Below, piece after piece: positions 1 to 12,943 of a stretch of DNA of 64,000 nt. The stretch lies in contig OZ024742.1 in assembly GCA_964016885.1 (NCBI GenBank), forward strand, positions 115,630,001-115,694,000, written 5' to 3'. The stretch comes from Eledone cirrhosa. Taxonomy: Eukaryota. Both the position numbers and the translations under genes were made by a program. The notes beneath the pieces were generated by a model. That model searched no databases. It worked only from the letters and a program-made list of their open reading frames with translations, and had not been told where the DNA came from. Position 1 is the first letter of the stretch; each line of letters opens with the position of its first letter.

Positions 1-1796
1 TGCCTCATTCTTGGATCACCAAAATCCTGGAGTTCTTCAAGGTGGCAGATAACATCAGACAGTGTTGGGCAAAAGTATGAAGTCCTGGGAAACAGAGTTA
101 ACATCAACTGGAGAATCATTGGGAAGCGTGAAGATCAAGAGAGGGATCTTCCAGGGAGATAGTCTGTCCCCTCTGCTGTTTGTCCTTGCCCTGATGCCCC
201 TGACCAGTGTACTGCGAAAAGTGAGAGCAGGTTACAGGTTGGGAAAGGGAGGGCTTACCATCAATCACCTCCTCTTCATGTACGATCTTAAGCTCTTCGG
301 GAAGAGTGAGAAGGAGTTGGATGTGCTTGTTGACACTGTCCGTATTTTCAGCAATGATATATGTATGCAATTTGGTATTAGTAAGTGTGGAGTCATTGTG
401 ATGAAGAGGGGTAAGCTGAGCAGAAGTAAAGAAATCCAGATACTAACAGGTGAAATGATAAAGGAAATTGACTCTGAAGAAGGATACAAGTATGTGAGTG
501 TTCTTGAGGCTGATGACATCAAGAACAATAAAATGAAGAAATTAATAAGAACTGAATACATTCGGAGAATAAGGAGCGTATTAAAGTCACATCTGAACAG
601 TAGGAATGCCATAAATGCGGTAAATTCCCGAGCTGTGTCTATTATTAGTTACTTGCGGGAATTCTGAGATGGAATGTTGCTGAACAAAAAGAAATGGATA
701 GGAAGACTACGAAGCTATTTACTATCTATAATATGTTCCACACGAGGAATGATGTCGTTAGGAGATCTGAAGGTAAAAGAGGTTTTATAAGCATAGAGGA
801 CTGTGTTCAGATGGATGAAAACAACCTACACAAATACGTGACTGATAGTAAGGAGCCAATGCTCAGAACTGTACTGAAGGAGGGGACAATAGGCCAGGGG
901 ATGTCCAAGGAGGAAATAACATCAAGGAGAAAGAGCAGCCTTCAGGAAAAATCCCTTCATAGTACCTTCTTTGAGGAAACTGAATTTAGAGATCCACAGA
1001 CATGGAACTGGTTGAAAAGAGGAGACCTTAAAAAGGCTACAGAAGGAATGTTAATGGCTGCGCAGGAGCAGGCCCTCAAAACAAAGTGGTTGAAACACCA
1101 TATTTACAAGGAGGAGGCTAGCCCACTGTGCAGGATCTGTGGAGAGAGAGAGGAGACTGTGGCTCACATTGTATCCGAGTGTAAACACCTAGCCCAGACT
1201 CACTATAAGGGCTGGAGACATGATGTGATGGGCAGGGTGATCCACAGGCACCTATGCAAAGTAAACAATTTACCACATTCTGAGAAGTGGTATGAGCATA
1301 AGCCAGAGTCTGTGATAGAAAACGATCAGGTTAAAGTGCTGTGGGATTTTAGGATACAGATGGACAAGAAACTGGAACACAATAGACCTGACCTGGTGGT
1401 TGTAGACAAAGAAAAATGATCGTGCCTGATTGTGGATGTGGCCTGCCCATTCGACACGAGAGTGCAAGAGAAGAAGAGGGAGAAAATTAACCGATACCAG
1501 GACGTAAAGTGGGTGGTAAAAAGGATTTGGAACTGCCATTAAGTCAAAGTGATCCCGATTGTCATATGCGAACTAGGGACTATCTCAAAAAGTTTCCAGG
1601 GATGGTTAAAGAAAATTAGACCCTACACGCTTTTTGGAACGCTTCAATAGGCATGCTTGCTTGGAACAGCAAGAACCCTCCGAAATGTCCTGAATATCTG
1701 AGGCTGCAGGTAGTGGCTTGATATTCATTTCAACAAACTTTCCAGTTAACTAACATCAATGACTGAGACTCAAAGAGTAATAATAATAATAATAAT
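1..1796 (+). mobile_element. R4/Dong-like RLE non-LTR retrotransposon, 3' part, inactivated
   Basis: Motifs GIFQGDSLSPLLF and HLLFMYDLKL (catalytic DD mutated), zinc knuckle CRICGEREETVAHIVSEC and RLE motif RPDLVVVD..DVACP. Contains frameshifts and stops. Short 3' UTR, then (TAA)n tail at 1778-1796. Confidence 0.9.
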
Positions 1797-1887
1797 TGTT
1801 TCTACGTTTGGCACAAGGCCAGCAATTAACCAGTCTATTACTGGTACTTCATGTTATCGACCCCGTAAGGATGAAAGGTAAAGTTAA
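1791..1887 (-). mobile_element. SINE 3' fragment, same family as 59297-59497
   Basis: Reverse complement matches ctttcatccttacggggtcgataa...gtaccagtaat...gccttgtgcc..gtagaaacaattatt. Confidence 0.8.
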
Positions 1888-1899
1888 ATAATAATAATA

Positions 1900-2700
1900 A
1901 TACAAATAATAATAAGTATAATGTCCTGGAGATAGACATTGGAAAAATGTGGTTGTAGATGCTCTTGGAATATTACCAAAGGGGTCTAATGATTACTTAT
2001 CCCAAATCCCAGGAAACCCGCATCTAGAAAGAATTCAAAATATAGCACTAATGGAAACTGACCATATACTAAGAGACATCCTATTGGCAATGAGCAGGCT
2101 CGGCTACTCTGTAGGAGCTGTGGAGAGAGAGAGAAACTGTAGTACACATCGTATCAGGGTGTAAACACCTATCTCAGACTCACCATGAAGTTTGGAGGCA
2201 CGATATAATAGGAAAGGTGATTCACTGGCATTTATGCAAACTAAATAATTCACTACATTCTGGGAAGTGGTATGAGCATAATGAAAGTCGCTGAGAGAAG
2301 ACGATCGAGTGAATTTGCTATGGATTTCAGGATACATACAGACAGAAAAGTAGAACACGATAGGCTTCACCTGGTGGTCTTTGACGTGGGAAAAAGATCG
2401 TGCTTGATTGTGGATTTAGCCTGCCCTTTTGTCACAAGAGTGCAAGAAAAGTAGGAGGATTTAAAGTGGGACTGTCATGAGATCAAGGCCATCCAAATTG
2501 TCATAGGACGACTAGGAAATATCTTGAAGAGTTTTCAAGAATTGTTAATGAACCAGCACCCTTTTCTGAAACACTTAAAAAGGAATGCTTGCCTGGAACA
2601 GTAAGAACCCTCCGATACCTCCTATAATATGTGAGGCTGCAGATAGCGGCCTCATATTCTTTTGAACAAACTTTCCAGTTTAACAACATCAATGACCGAT
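1900..2700 (+). mobile_element. Degenerate RLE-retrotransposon 3' remnants (one divergent C-terminus plus an older Dong-like copy)
   Basis: VVDALGILPK..ERIQNIALM..HILR resembles an RLE C-terminus. 2090-2700 aligns with 1130-1765 (DFRIHTDRKVEHDR, CLIVDLACPF, 3' UTR aacatcaatgac). Confidence 0.7.
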
Positions 2701-3814
2701 ACTGATCGCCCACATCCTACTTCGGGTCGGGTGTATATCAACGTCTTTAATGTGTGTAGTAGTAACTCGAGATTCAAGAAGTACAAAAGTGATGACTGAG
2801 GACAATCTTCACGAACCGTGTTTGTGTAATTTTCGTAAGGCTTCCAACCAATGATATTTACCCCTTGTGCGTCCCATATTTTATTTGCAACACTTCGCCT
2901 CATTCGCTAAGTGTTGTGGCAAGCCATCGATGAAGGAACTGAAATTCATCCCTTGTCCCGACACAGCACTGCTCCTGAACATGTGAAATGTCACTGAAAA
3001 TCCGCATACATCTGCTGAGTAACGAGTACCCTGCGGAGGCAATCAGGAGATTTAAGCGGAACCCATGAATCTGTAAAATATCCGGCTGTGGCGTGTAAAA
3101 TACTCGATTGGTGACCATTGCGAGAAGGCTCACGGCAATTTTAAGGTTTCAGTGGCCATTAAAGTTGTTTCCGACCCCATCTAAGGATGGTGTCTCAAAA
3201 GGAAGCACCGGTTGTGGTGGAACCTTAAACCCACTAACTTCAATCAGTGAAATGAATCAAAACATTTGTTTACATAAAGACGTGAATCTTCTAAGAAGGT
3301 GCGTCGTCTGGCAGGTTTCCTGTGGTTGAGCAGATCAGGCGCAGTCATCATCATGATACTGCTGGAATGAAGAGGAGTAAGGAGCTAAACAAGGCTGTTT
3401 TGGAGTTTCATTTTAGAGCAGGTCTCTGAATAAAATTGGTTTGTCAATCAGAGGATATAGACAAAAGATGTTACGAGTATAGCAGGAGATGGAGCTCTTT
3501 GAATCAACTGAATCGAGGATTTATAATCAGATAAAGAAAATAAGCGAAAATGGATGATTATTTGAGATGGGGATTGAAATGATAAAATACAAGATAATCC
3601 AGGAAGGTGTGGAGGAGTAAGAACATGAGGATGTTGGAGATTCAAATAGAGAATAGTGTGTGGAAAATTATGGAATACAAAAGGAAGAGGCGGAACACGA
3701 TATTAATATATCTTGCTCCCTCCTATGTGGTGGATTATGAGAGGTGTCATTGCTGAGGCAATGTATGAAAACCTGGAAGAGACACTACATACAGAGCAGA
3801 AGGGATATAAGAGA

Positions 3815-3940
3815 AGTAGCCTGGAACGACTACGGCAAGGCATATCACATAGTGCCACATAGTTGGAATGTTTGGTATTGCAGCTAACGTTAGACAGTTC
3901 CTGCTAAGCAGTATGGGTAGTTGAAAGACAAAGCTGACAT
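3815..3940 (+). mobile_element. Short R4/Dong-type RT remnant
   Basis: Reads AWNDYGKAYHIVPHSW..FGIAANVRQFLLSSMGS*KTKLT, matching GWIDYKKAFD.V.H.W...NIRQLL..SMKSW in the larger copies. Confidence 0.6.
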
Positions 3941-4149
3941 TATGGTGACAAGAACGAATAGAATATTTCAAGGAGACAGTCATTCGCTTTTGGTTGTTAT
4001 AGTTCCACTTTTTTATTAGCCACACAGACTCACATTAAGGAGACATCACATACGGTACAGCAAAAGAGAATGCGTTTTGTTTTTTTCTGTAAAATAGAAT
4101 TTATAACAGAGATTAAGTTAATAATCTTTAAAAAAAAAAAACTAACAAA

Positions 4150-5115
4150 TTCCAAAAGGTTAGAAGACCCCAAGGGTTACTCGTGGAGAAAGAACACAAA
4201 CCCCACGGTCACCCAGACCGCTAGAGCAAATACCCTACCCCAGTTGTCATCGTTCAATACTTGCATCTCTCATCCACCTTCCTACAAACTGGCTGGAAAG
4301 CAGAAGTTCTTTCTCCACCCTGATTTCCCTTTTCAGGTGAAACATGAACATGTTAATGTGAGCGACGCCATGGTCATCAGATAGATAAAAACTACCATCC
4401 CTTCCTGGGCGGCGAGTCAATCCTCATGATGTACTTAGCTGATAGCTGGATCCGTCCTACAGGTGACAGAAGGCGTTAGACATAAACTCACAAGTCAGTG
4501 ACTCACGGACACTGTACGAATGCATGCATGACTGTCTCATCACGCTGCGCGCATGTCTGACAGACCCGGTTGACGGCACTTCCATGCCTGTAAAGATCTC
4601 AAACTGGCACTGCTCCTCAGTAGCACTTCCAGGCGAGGGATTTTTGGAAATGATCTATTGGCCCGGACCGAATGTCCTCCGGAAGTCAATAATAGCTAGT
4701 TTGCTTTCCCCAAGGACATCGTCTTTCTGGCCCTCCACTAACCTCCTATAGAAATCCAAGCTGGAGTTTCCACCGATCCCACAGCCCTATTTCCAAAGGG
4801 TAGTGAACGCTTGGAGACATTCCTGTTTCTAAGCGCACTTTCTCAGTTTCTGCTTGGCCCAGGATGGCAGATATGGGGAAGAACGTTCTTAGCAAAAGGT
4901 TACCATAACTGTTCCCCATCTAGGAATATCTTCAGATTTCCTAATCTCGATGCATATCTGCACATCATCAGCTATGGCATGCCTAATCTCCAACCTAGCG
5001 TGTGTTGACAGCAGATGGACAACCTGACCATCGGAGTGCATCATTTCCACATAAAGCGAAAGAGCAACTTTCTAGTGCAGTCAAACGAAGTTTATGACAA
5101 GGCACGACGGTCAAG
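4150..5115 (-). mobile_element. 5'-truncated degenerate L1/Tx1-like copy (ORF2 C-terminus and 3' UTR)
   Basis: Reverse complement aligns with ~21060-22150 (LTVVPC, CCQ..L, FYR, FGPGP.D.FQK, 3' UTR ctttctccac). Confidence 0.75.
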
Positions 5116-6350
5116 AGTCTACATAAATATTAAAGACGGTACATGACGGTACAAATATTGATTTCTGTGTCTGTAAAAGGTAGCACGATAACCAAAACAA
5201 AAGACGTAACAAAGAAAAATAGAAACAAAAACAAAATCCCCAATAGGGGGAAAACCGCCGAAGGTTACACGTGGAGAAAGCCCACAAAAAGCCATGGTCA
5301 CCGTCATCGCTAGGGCAAGCGCCCTTTCCCGGTTGTTCTCCTTCAATGCTATAGGCACATTCTGACCCCCATCTGGAATGCAGAATTTCTCTCTCCACTC
5401 TAATTTTTTATTTCAGTTGAAACCAGAAAAATGGATGAGAATGTTGCCGAAGAGAAAAGTGCATGTCATTAACCATTTCAGACGCATCCACCATACGACA
5501 TATTTCACCATGGCAATCAGGCACATAAACACTGCGTGTCTTCCTTGATTAAAGGAGTTTGGCAGGGTGATCTTTATGATTGACTCAACTGATAATCGCA
5601 TCCGTCTTTCACGCGACAGCAGATGCTCGACATATATCTACAAGTAAGCAATATTCGGACATTGTACGAGTGCGTGCAGGACGGTCTCGTCGCCACGCCT
5701 GCATCTTGGGTTCATTTCGAACCGTTAACGCTCCCCGCCCGGTAGCATTTCCTGGCCAGCGATTTCTGAAAATTATGCATTGGCTATGAACTGAAGATCA
5801 TCTGGAATAGATTATCTAGTTGACTTTCCTTGAGAGCCAGAGTTTCTCCAGGGACGTCGACTTCTGTGTCCTTCGATAACCTTTTATATTGCACTAAGTT
5901 GGAATTCCCACCAATCACTATGCTCGATTTGCAAAGAACAGTGAACGTTTGAAGACATTCCAGTTTCAAAACGCTCTCTCTCTGTCTCCGATTGACCTAA
6001 AATTGCAGCTCCGCTATGGAGACAAACTGGGGAAAACGTGCCTAGCGAAATGCGACTATACTTGTTCAGCGCCGAGGAAGATCTGGAGATGATGTAGTCT
6101 CAGCGCATGTCGACGCATCATCATCTAAGTCATACATAATCATCCACACAGCGGCTGTTGACAGCAGATGCACCACCTGATATTCAGAGCGCGTCCCTTG
6201 AACATAGACGAAGGGGCAAACGCATCAGTGTGGTTAGGCGTGGCTTAGAAGAAGGCACGACGTTCAAGTGGTAGTAGATGACGGAGGCAATGTACGCGTT
6301 CACCACCTCCGTCCGATCCTTCGAGGATAGTTTCCTCTCAGCCCATTCTC
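5116..6350 (-). mobile_element. Second 5'-truncated degenerate L1/Tx1-like copy, tandem to the previous one
   Basis: 3' UTR ccccctattgggga..tttgtaccgtc; protein remnants WAERKLS..NAYIASVIYYHLNVVP and FMCLIAMVKYVVWW.RLK. Confidence 0.75.
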
Positions 6351-6359
6351 ATTGGCCTA

Positions 6360-7080
6360 AAACACTCAGCACTTTCGAAAAATAACCAACGAAGCACCGT
6401 AAAAGGTACATATACGATCTTCCCTCACGGAAAACGATCTTGATTTCCGTTGCAAAGTGTTTACCTTCACTTAATCGTCTAAACGCACTTGATAAGACAA
6501 AGAATTTTGAGATGAATGTAACCAGCTGAGTTTTACACATATCTCGAAGTAGGAAGTTCAACAACGAAAACAAAACAACAACAAATAAAACCAGCAATAG
6601 CTCAGAAAGCAACAATATTAATAACGGTAACGGCGATTTTTCAATCTCAGTTTCTATGGCAAAACGTAAAAAAATAACAACATTAAAACAAAACCAACAA
6701 TTAGAACAACGACAACATCAGCAACACTTCAGATACTAACAACAATATCTACGCCTACAGTAACACTGTTACCGCGGCTACAGAGGGTAGCGACAAAACA
6801 ACAATATTAGGTTTAGTAGCAACCTTACCTGAATCGAAAGTATAAGCCTGCACCTGTCTATTTCTAGACCAGTGCCGCTGATCTTCACCCCGGTTGTATC
6901 ACTCACCCAACAACCAAACGATGAAAAACAATTAATAACACCCGTAATGACAGCAATACCATCACCATTCCTGCAGCTGCAGCACCAGCACCTAGGTGAT
7001 GCGACAGTTAAAGAAAATTAGACGTTGTAATTGACTCCAAGGTTGAATTAGAAACCATGGAAGTTGAAGTACAAGGCATG
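6360..7080 (+). mobile_element. Possible degenerate Tx1-like ORF1 remnant
   Basis: AAC/ACA-rich low-complexity tract; caatctcagtttctatggcaaa and atggaagttgaagt resemble ORF1 at ~17015 and ~17965. Confidence 0.35.
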
Positions 7081-10000
7081 AATATTAATAGGGAATGTAA
7101 CTTAGATGATGCGAATTGGAAATGTAGGAAACAGTGATTACAAAGAAAATGATGTTACTAATTTTAAGGTATATTTGCGTTGTCATGTTTGAAAATAACG
7201 GATAAGACTTACCGTAATGGATTCGGGGAGGAGACACTATATTTTAATGTAAATTATCTGTTTCTGTCTTTTGGACAATTTTTGTTCTATCCTAAAAGCA
7301 TTCATGGCTGAGTGTTTGATATTTATCGGTTCAATGCGTACATATTGCCTTAAATACAACTTGGTGACTCAGTTGGTACAGTTTTCCAATGTAAATAGCA
7401 TATCAAACAAACTATATCTTTCCTCACTTAGTGTTAGGGCAAGTCGTCAGTTCTTGAAAAATGTCATTGTTTGTATATGCATGTCTCTCTATTTATTTAC
7501 CAATCAATGTAATTATATTAAAAAAAACTTATATATTTTTAAGCGTTTTGTTCCTATAACATATTTTAATTTAATTTGTGTTCCATAAAATGCAACAAAT
7601 AGAGTGCGGATCATAAAGAGAGTTGAAGAGACTAAAGGAAATAACAACCTTGTAAACCATAACTTAATCTCTAAAACATATAACGTTTGGCATATTCATA
7701 TTTCAGAGTACCATATGTCACCGGCACACGTGAAACGCCTTTGGTCATATGCAGGTGGCATTAAATATGTCCAGGAGCTAAACTAGAGGGAAAACAATTC
7801 GGTTTGAACGCAAGAGCAACTATCATGCTTTTATTTTCAACTAACATACATGTACTCAGCGCTACATTATTAATGTTTATTTATGAAATCCAGTCATAGC
7901 ATTTTTTTTTTTGTTTTTGTGCTAGACACATACACACCCTTACTCATATACATGCACACGCGTTATGTATGTTTGTATATATATATATATATATATATAA
8001 TCATAACCATCATCTACCAGGTGATCTCTTTGCTACTCATGTTTTATCAATCACTGCTGTATTGATTATTAAGCATCCAACTAACTCTTTTATGAAAGAA
8101 AGCAGCATATATTTTCTTATATGTTGAATCTGTATTTCTATTATCTTTATCTTAAAAGAATTCAAAAGAAAATATTAAATGAAATTGATTTTATAGTTGT
8201 AGGACATATCCTATTTTCTAAATTGAACTATATAATTGGTTTACGTCCATTCTTTCCATTTATGTAAGATGTTTTATTTTTTGTGTTGTTTTAAAACCAT
8301 TGCATAATTCTAATATAAAAGATTGGAAAAGTATCGTGTATATGGAATTTCTTGCACTGAGATCCTTGAAACACAAAACCAATAATTGATGATTTTAGCA
8401 GAGAAGAAGAGCAATTGCTCCCGCAAGGTGAAGATGTATTTAGATGGAATTTGACTTTATTGACATCGAAAGACTTCAAGTTAGTTTCCATGGTAGAAGG
8501 CATTCCACGAATTTTCTGTTATAGATTCTTACTGAAATATATTTAATCTAATTTCAGCACAAAAATGGTTTTCTCTCTTTTTTATAAGGAATGTGAACAA
8601 TTTCGTTGTGAAAGGTTTTTGGATAAATTTCAGAAGCGGTAAAACATTGATCAAAATACCCAGCAGTTTTTTTAGTTACATCCATTTAAGTTTTGAGTTT
8701 AAATCCAACCTAGGTCCACTTTATGTTTTGTTATATTGTGGTCGAAAAAGCATCCGTAATTTAATAAAATATATACTGGAATCGATGTTATGCAATTGGT
8801 AGAACGTACATGCTTCATGTTTCATGCCCAACCCAAGAAAATATGTTTGGCGTTAGCAGATATAATGCACAATTCAAAATAATACTAACCCAATGTATTT
8901 CTAAAGAGAATTATATATTTATGCCGATAATCATTAGACCGGTTAAACTGTTAGTCGCCATGTATAATCCGATTCATAAAGTTCTGCGTCGAAATCCCAC
9001 CGAAGTCAGCTTTGCCATTCGGATTTTGAGTGTGATAATAAAGTAATGATGTAATGCTTGGAAGAGCTGTGACCGTTAGAGCGTTGGACGAGATACCTTG
9101 CATTATACATTCCTGTTTTTTTGCCTCCTGAATTTAAATCGAGCTGTAATCTATTTCGGTAGTATATTTATTTGCTCACCAGATCTACCATGACATACTG
9201 TCTCTATTCTGTTTAGTGTAATCCATCTGTTGCAAACATTTGAATTAGGCATCTGAAATGAGAATAATGTTATACCACTTGACCTGTCGGAGGAGCAGGT
9301 AAATCGCCATGAGTACAATGAAGAAAATCATTTAATTGTAGTTTAGCTTGTTAATGTTTTGCGCTGAATCACTTCCTTTGACTAACCAAAGATGAAACGT
9401 ATTCCAATCGTGTCCATATGAGCGTTTATAAAGCCATTTAGGACTAGCTTATCTCCTCTATATCAATTTAATTTAGTATGCTGATATGAGATGTGGTTGT
9501 TGTTTCTAGCACATCGAGGAACCATGTAAAGGCTCTTTCATTATGTCTATGGTAATAGAAAAGATCTAATTCATGAAATATTTAACATTTGTGAAAGAGA
9601 TAAATGGATATGTCTATATTTAGAATAATGTTATTCTGAAATTACACACTTATGTTGTGGTTAATAACAGAAGCAATTAACCATATTCGATACAACACCG
9701 TTTCTTGTTTTTAATACAAATGTATTTATTTCAAAATGGTAAATTATTTAAATTGTAATATTCCATCAATATATTATGTGAGAATATTAAGGTTAAATTA
9801 TCTTCGAAATATAATGTTGATAATGACCAAAATAATTTTAATAAGCCGCTTAAAATTCTTGATTATTTTCAATTAATAGAAATGCGCAGGCGATTTATCT
9901 GAATAGAAACATTCCAATTACTTACTTATTTAATACCATAATGCCAATCAAGTATAAATACAGCTATATGCTCTAAAGATCTATAAAATTAAATATGTAT

Positions 10001-11215
10001 TAAAATGACCATTAGATATTGTGGGGATGAGTAAATGTTCTCCTCTAGACGGTTGGTAGGTATCAATCCTGCTCACAGAGGTGTCCAGACTTCTTTTTTA
10101 TTTAACTCTTGTGTTTTTAACGCTAGAGAAAAGGTGTTGCCAATTGTGTTAGTTTGCTCATCATAAGGTTGTGTGTTAGATTCACAATATGAGGTGCGAC
10201 CTATCCGTTAGCAATGCTCTTCCCTTGACATTGATTTAACAGCAGAAACTTATAGCACCTAAAGCTGTGTCTATCCGTGCAATGAACTAGCATCTTACAC
10301 CCAGTTGCTTGAATTCAAACGAAACCGTTATAAGCCCCGGCATGATGAGGACAAATATTAACTCTACAATATACAATATTGTATTGTTATCTTGCGTGAA
10401 TGAGATTAATTTCTTTCAATGAAGATAAACACCATCCATGGAATCTATCATGGATTCGAATATATAAGAATAAAATACAATCTGATACTGATATTACGGG
10501 AAATATAAAACATTTATAGGATAACGCAACGGATTGAATTTGTAAGAAGATGAGAGTAAAGTGCAATCTCTATATGCATCATATGTTTTCTGATTTAATC
10601 ACACGGCCAGACATTTCTGAGTAGGTTTTATTTTCATTCAATTTCGTTACTAGTCTCCTCCCACAATTTATAACTACTAAATATGAAATAACGTTGAACT
10701 TGTCTTAAAAAACTACAGTACATCTTTTTTTAACGAATGCACTTTTAAATTAATTTACTAACATATTTTCAATATACTTTTTTCTTGTTAATTATATTCA
10801 TCAAGACGATTTGGCAGAATCAGTAGAACATAAAATTAAATAATTTCTGTGTTTACTTTTTGCATTCCAAGTTCAAATGTCTCTTTCAGTCTTTCGGGAC
10901 TAATCAACACAGTGAGGTTGATTGGAAGAACTGTATGTCTGCCTGAAACGTAATTTTAAATCCCACCCAAATAAATTGCACCTGTCACCTTTTGGTGCTC
11001 AATATGTGACTTATTAATATGTCAAAGAAATAAGTAGACTGATTTAGAAAAAAATATCCTGACATCATGTAGTACAATAGACTGCGATGCCATCGATCGA
11101 AGGTTTTGTTAGGTCTGTCATAGCCAACCATAGTGCAAACAATAGCAACAACGACATAATGGACGCCACACCATTTACTCAGAGCATTTCGGGAAAATAT
11201 CCGATTGAAATGATA

Positions 11216-12011
11216 TCTATATATATAAAGTTGTATTTCTGTATGTTTGTTTGTTCACGAACTCCTCCTATGGGTTTGGAGATAGACCCCCATAACCATA
11301 TATATTCCGAAACTAGATCGCCCAATGTACGTGGATAAGTATATTTCATTTTAATCAAAGGTGTGCTGGGGCATAAACCCCTTCTGAAAAGCCCCGCTAA
11401 CATTCTTTTTCCCTTCGATTTATATGAAATTGAAACTACAGGTAAATGACAAGATATCATACCTATTCACAAAATTCTAGGAAATTTAAATAACAGTAAG
11501 ACACCTTAATGGTGGTTAGATCCCCTATAGTGAAAATGTTGGCCAATAAATGGAACAAGATCTCACGAACTCCTCCTTTGGTTTTGGAGATACACCACAA
11601 TAACCATATATATTCTGAAACTACAGCGCCCAGGATACTTGGATAAGTATATTTCATTTTAATCAAAGGGTTCCCCGGGGGCACAAAACAACCACTGAAA
11701 TGTTTTCCCTTCGATTTAAACCATAGATAAATGCCAAGATTTGATGCCTATTCACAAAAGCTTTGAATTGATATTTTGAAAAAAAATGATTTACAAAAAA
11801 CAAAATAAGAATAAGATTTAATAATGTAAATGTTGATTGGATATATTACAAAATATGATGTTTTCCAATTTTTCATGCATTACATTTTACATTGGGTAAT
11901 ATTGAAATGCAGAGGTTTTCTCCATATATTATATCACTGATTTAAAATCAATCAACATTTTTTTACAAAAGAAATGTGTGAAACGCAGCGATGCGTGGGT
12001 AATTCGGCTAG
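11216..12011 (+). mobile_element. Non-autonomous Helitron
   Basis: Starts A|TCTATATATATAAAG with (tgtt) repeats. Ends with hairpin acgcagcgatgcgt, then CTAG|T. Internal ~200-bp duplication at 11255-11480 and 11562-11760. Confidence 0.7.
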
Positions 12012-12795
12012 TTTCTAATAAAACACGCTTCATTTCAATAAATAAATACTGAGATGTGTTAGATGTCGTAACAGTATTAATCAGTTAAATAATAAGACAG
12101 TAATTCAACATAGAATGCTAATATAAAATTAATACAGAACGTTTTAATATAAAATGGACTTCATTAATTGGCTTTATTTAAGTGACTTTGTTTCATAAAA
12201 CAAGGGACGGTTTCACCGGCCTAATATCAAATGTGTTACAAGTCTATCTGATCACGAATGTAACGCATTACACGGAGATACAATATCCTACAATTTTGTC
12301 GGGAAATATATGACGCTCCATGACGAATACCTTCCTCGTATATGGAGTGTGAGAAATTTGTGTAAGGGTTTGTAGAAATATTGATGGTTTGTTCGCCATA
12401 CGTCTGATGACAACGAAGTTTCTGATGTGTTAATGAAGACATCTTTAATTGATAGTTTCAAAGAACACACCACTTGATCGTTTGCTCTCTCTTATATTCA
12501 AATCAACTGATCCATTTGATTTCCAGCAAATTGAATTTTCCAGTTTCAAATAGTTTTCCTCCTTTCATGGTTAGGCAGTTGAGGGTCATAATTTTCAATA
12601 TTTCTGCTTTAATGGAGACGAACACATCGTCAAAGTTGGAATTGTTCTTGTCACTTGCGTCCCTACACACTTCAATTTTAAATGTAGCCTTTGTTTCTTT
12701 ATCCTCGTAGCAAGATTTTACTTTGATGCTTCTTGGCATGTTATTATTAATATTATTATTATTAGTAATATATGTATTGCTGTTGCTTGTTGTTG

Positions 12796-12933
<138 letters not shown>

Positions 12934-12943
12934 CGTTGTTACA

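Noticed and set aside
2710-3360. Possible L1-type ORF1 remnant on the minus strand (LSE*GEVLQIKYG)
   Set aside because: Resemblance is too weak without a profile search.
12236-12739. Coding-looking minus-strand ORFs
   Set aside because: Interrupted by stops and no recognisable domain.
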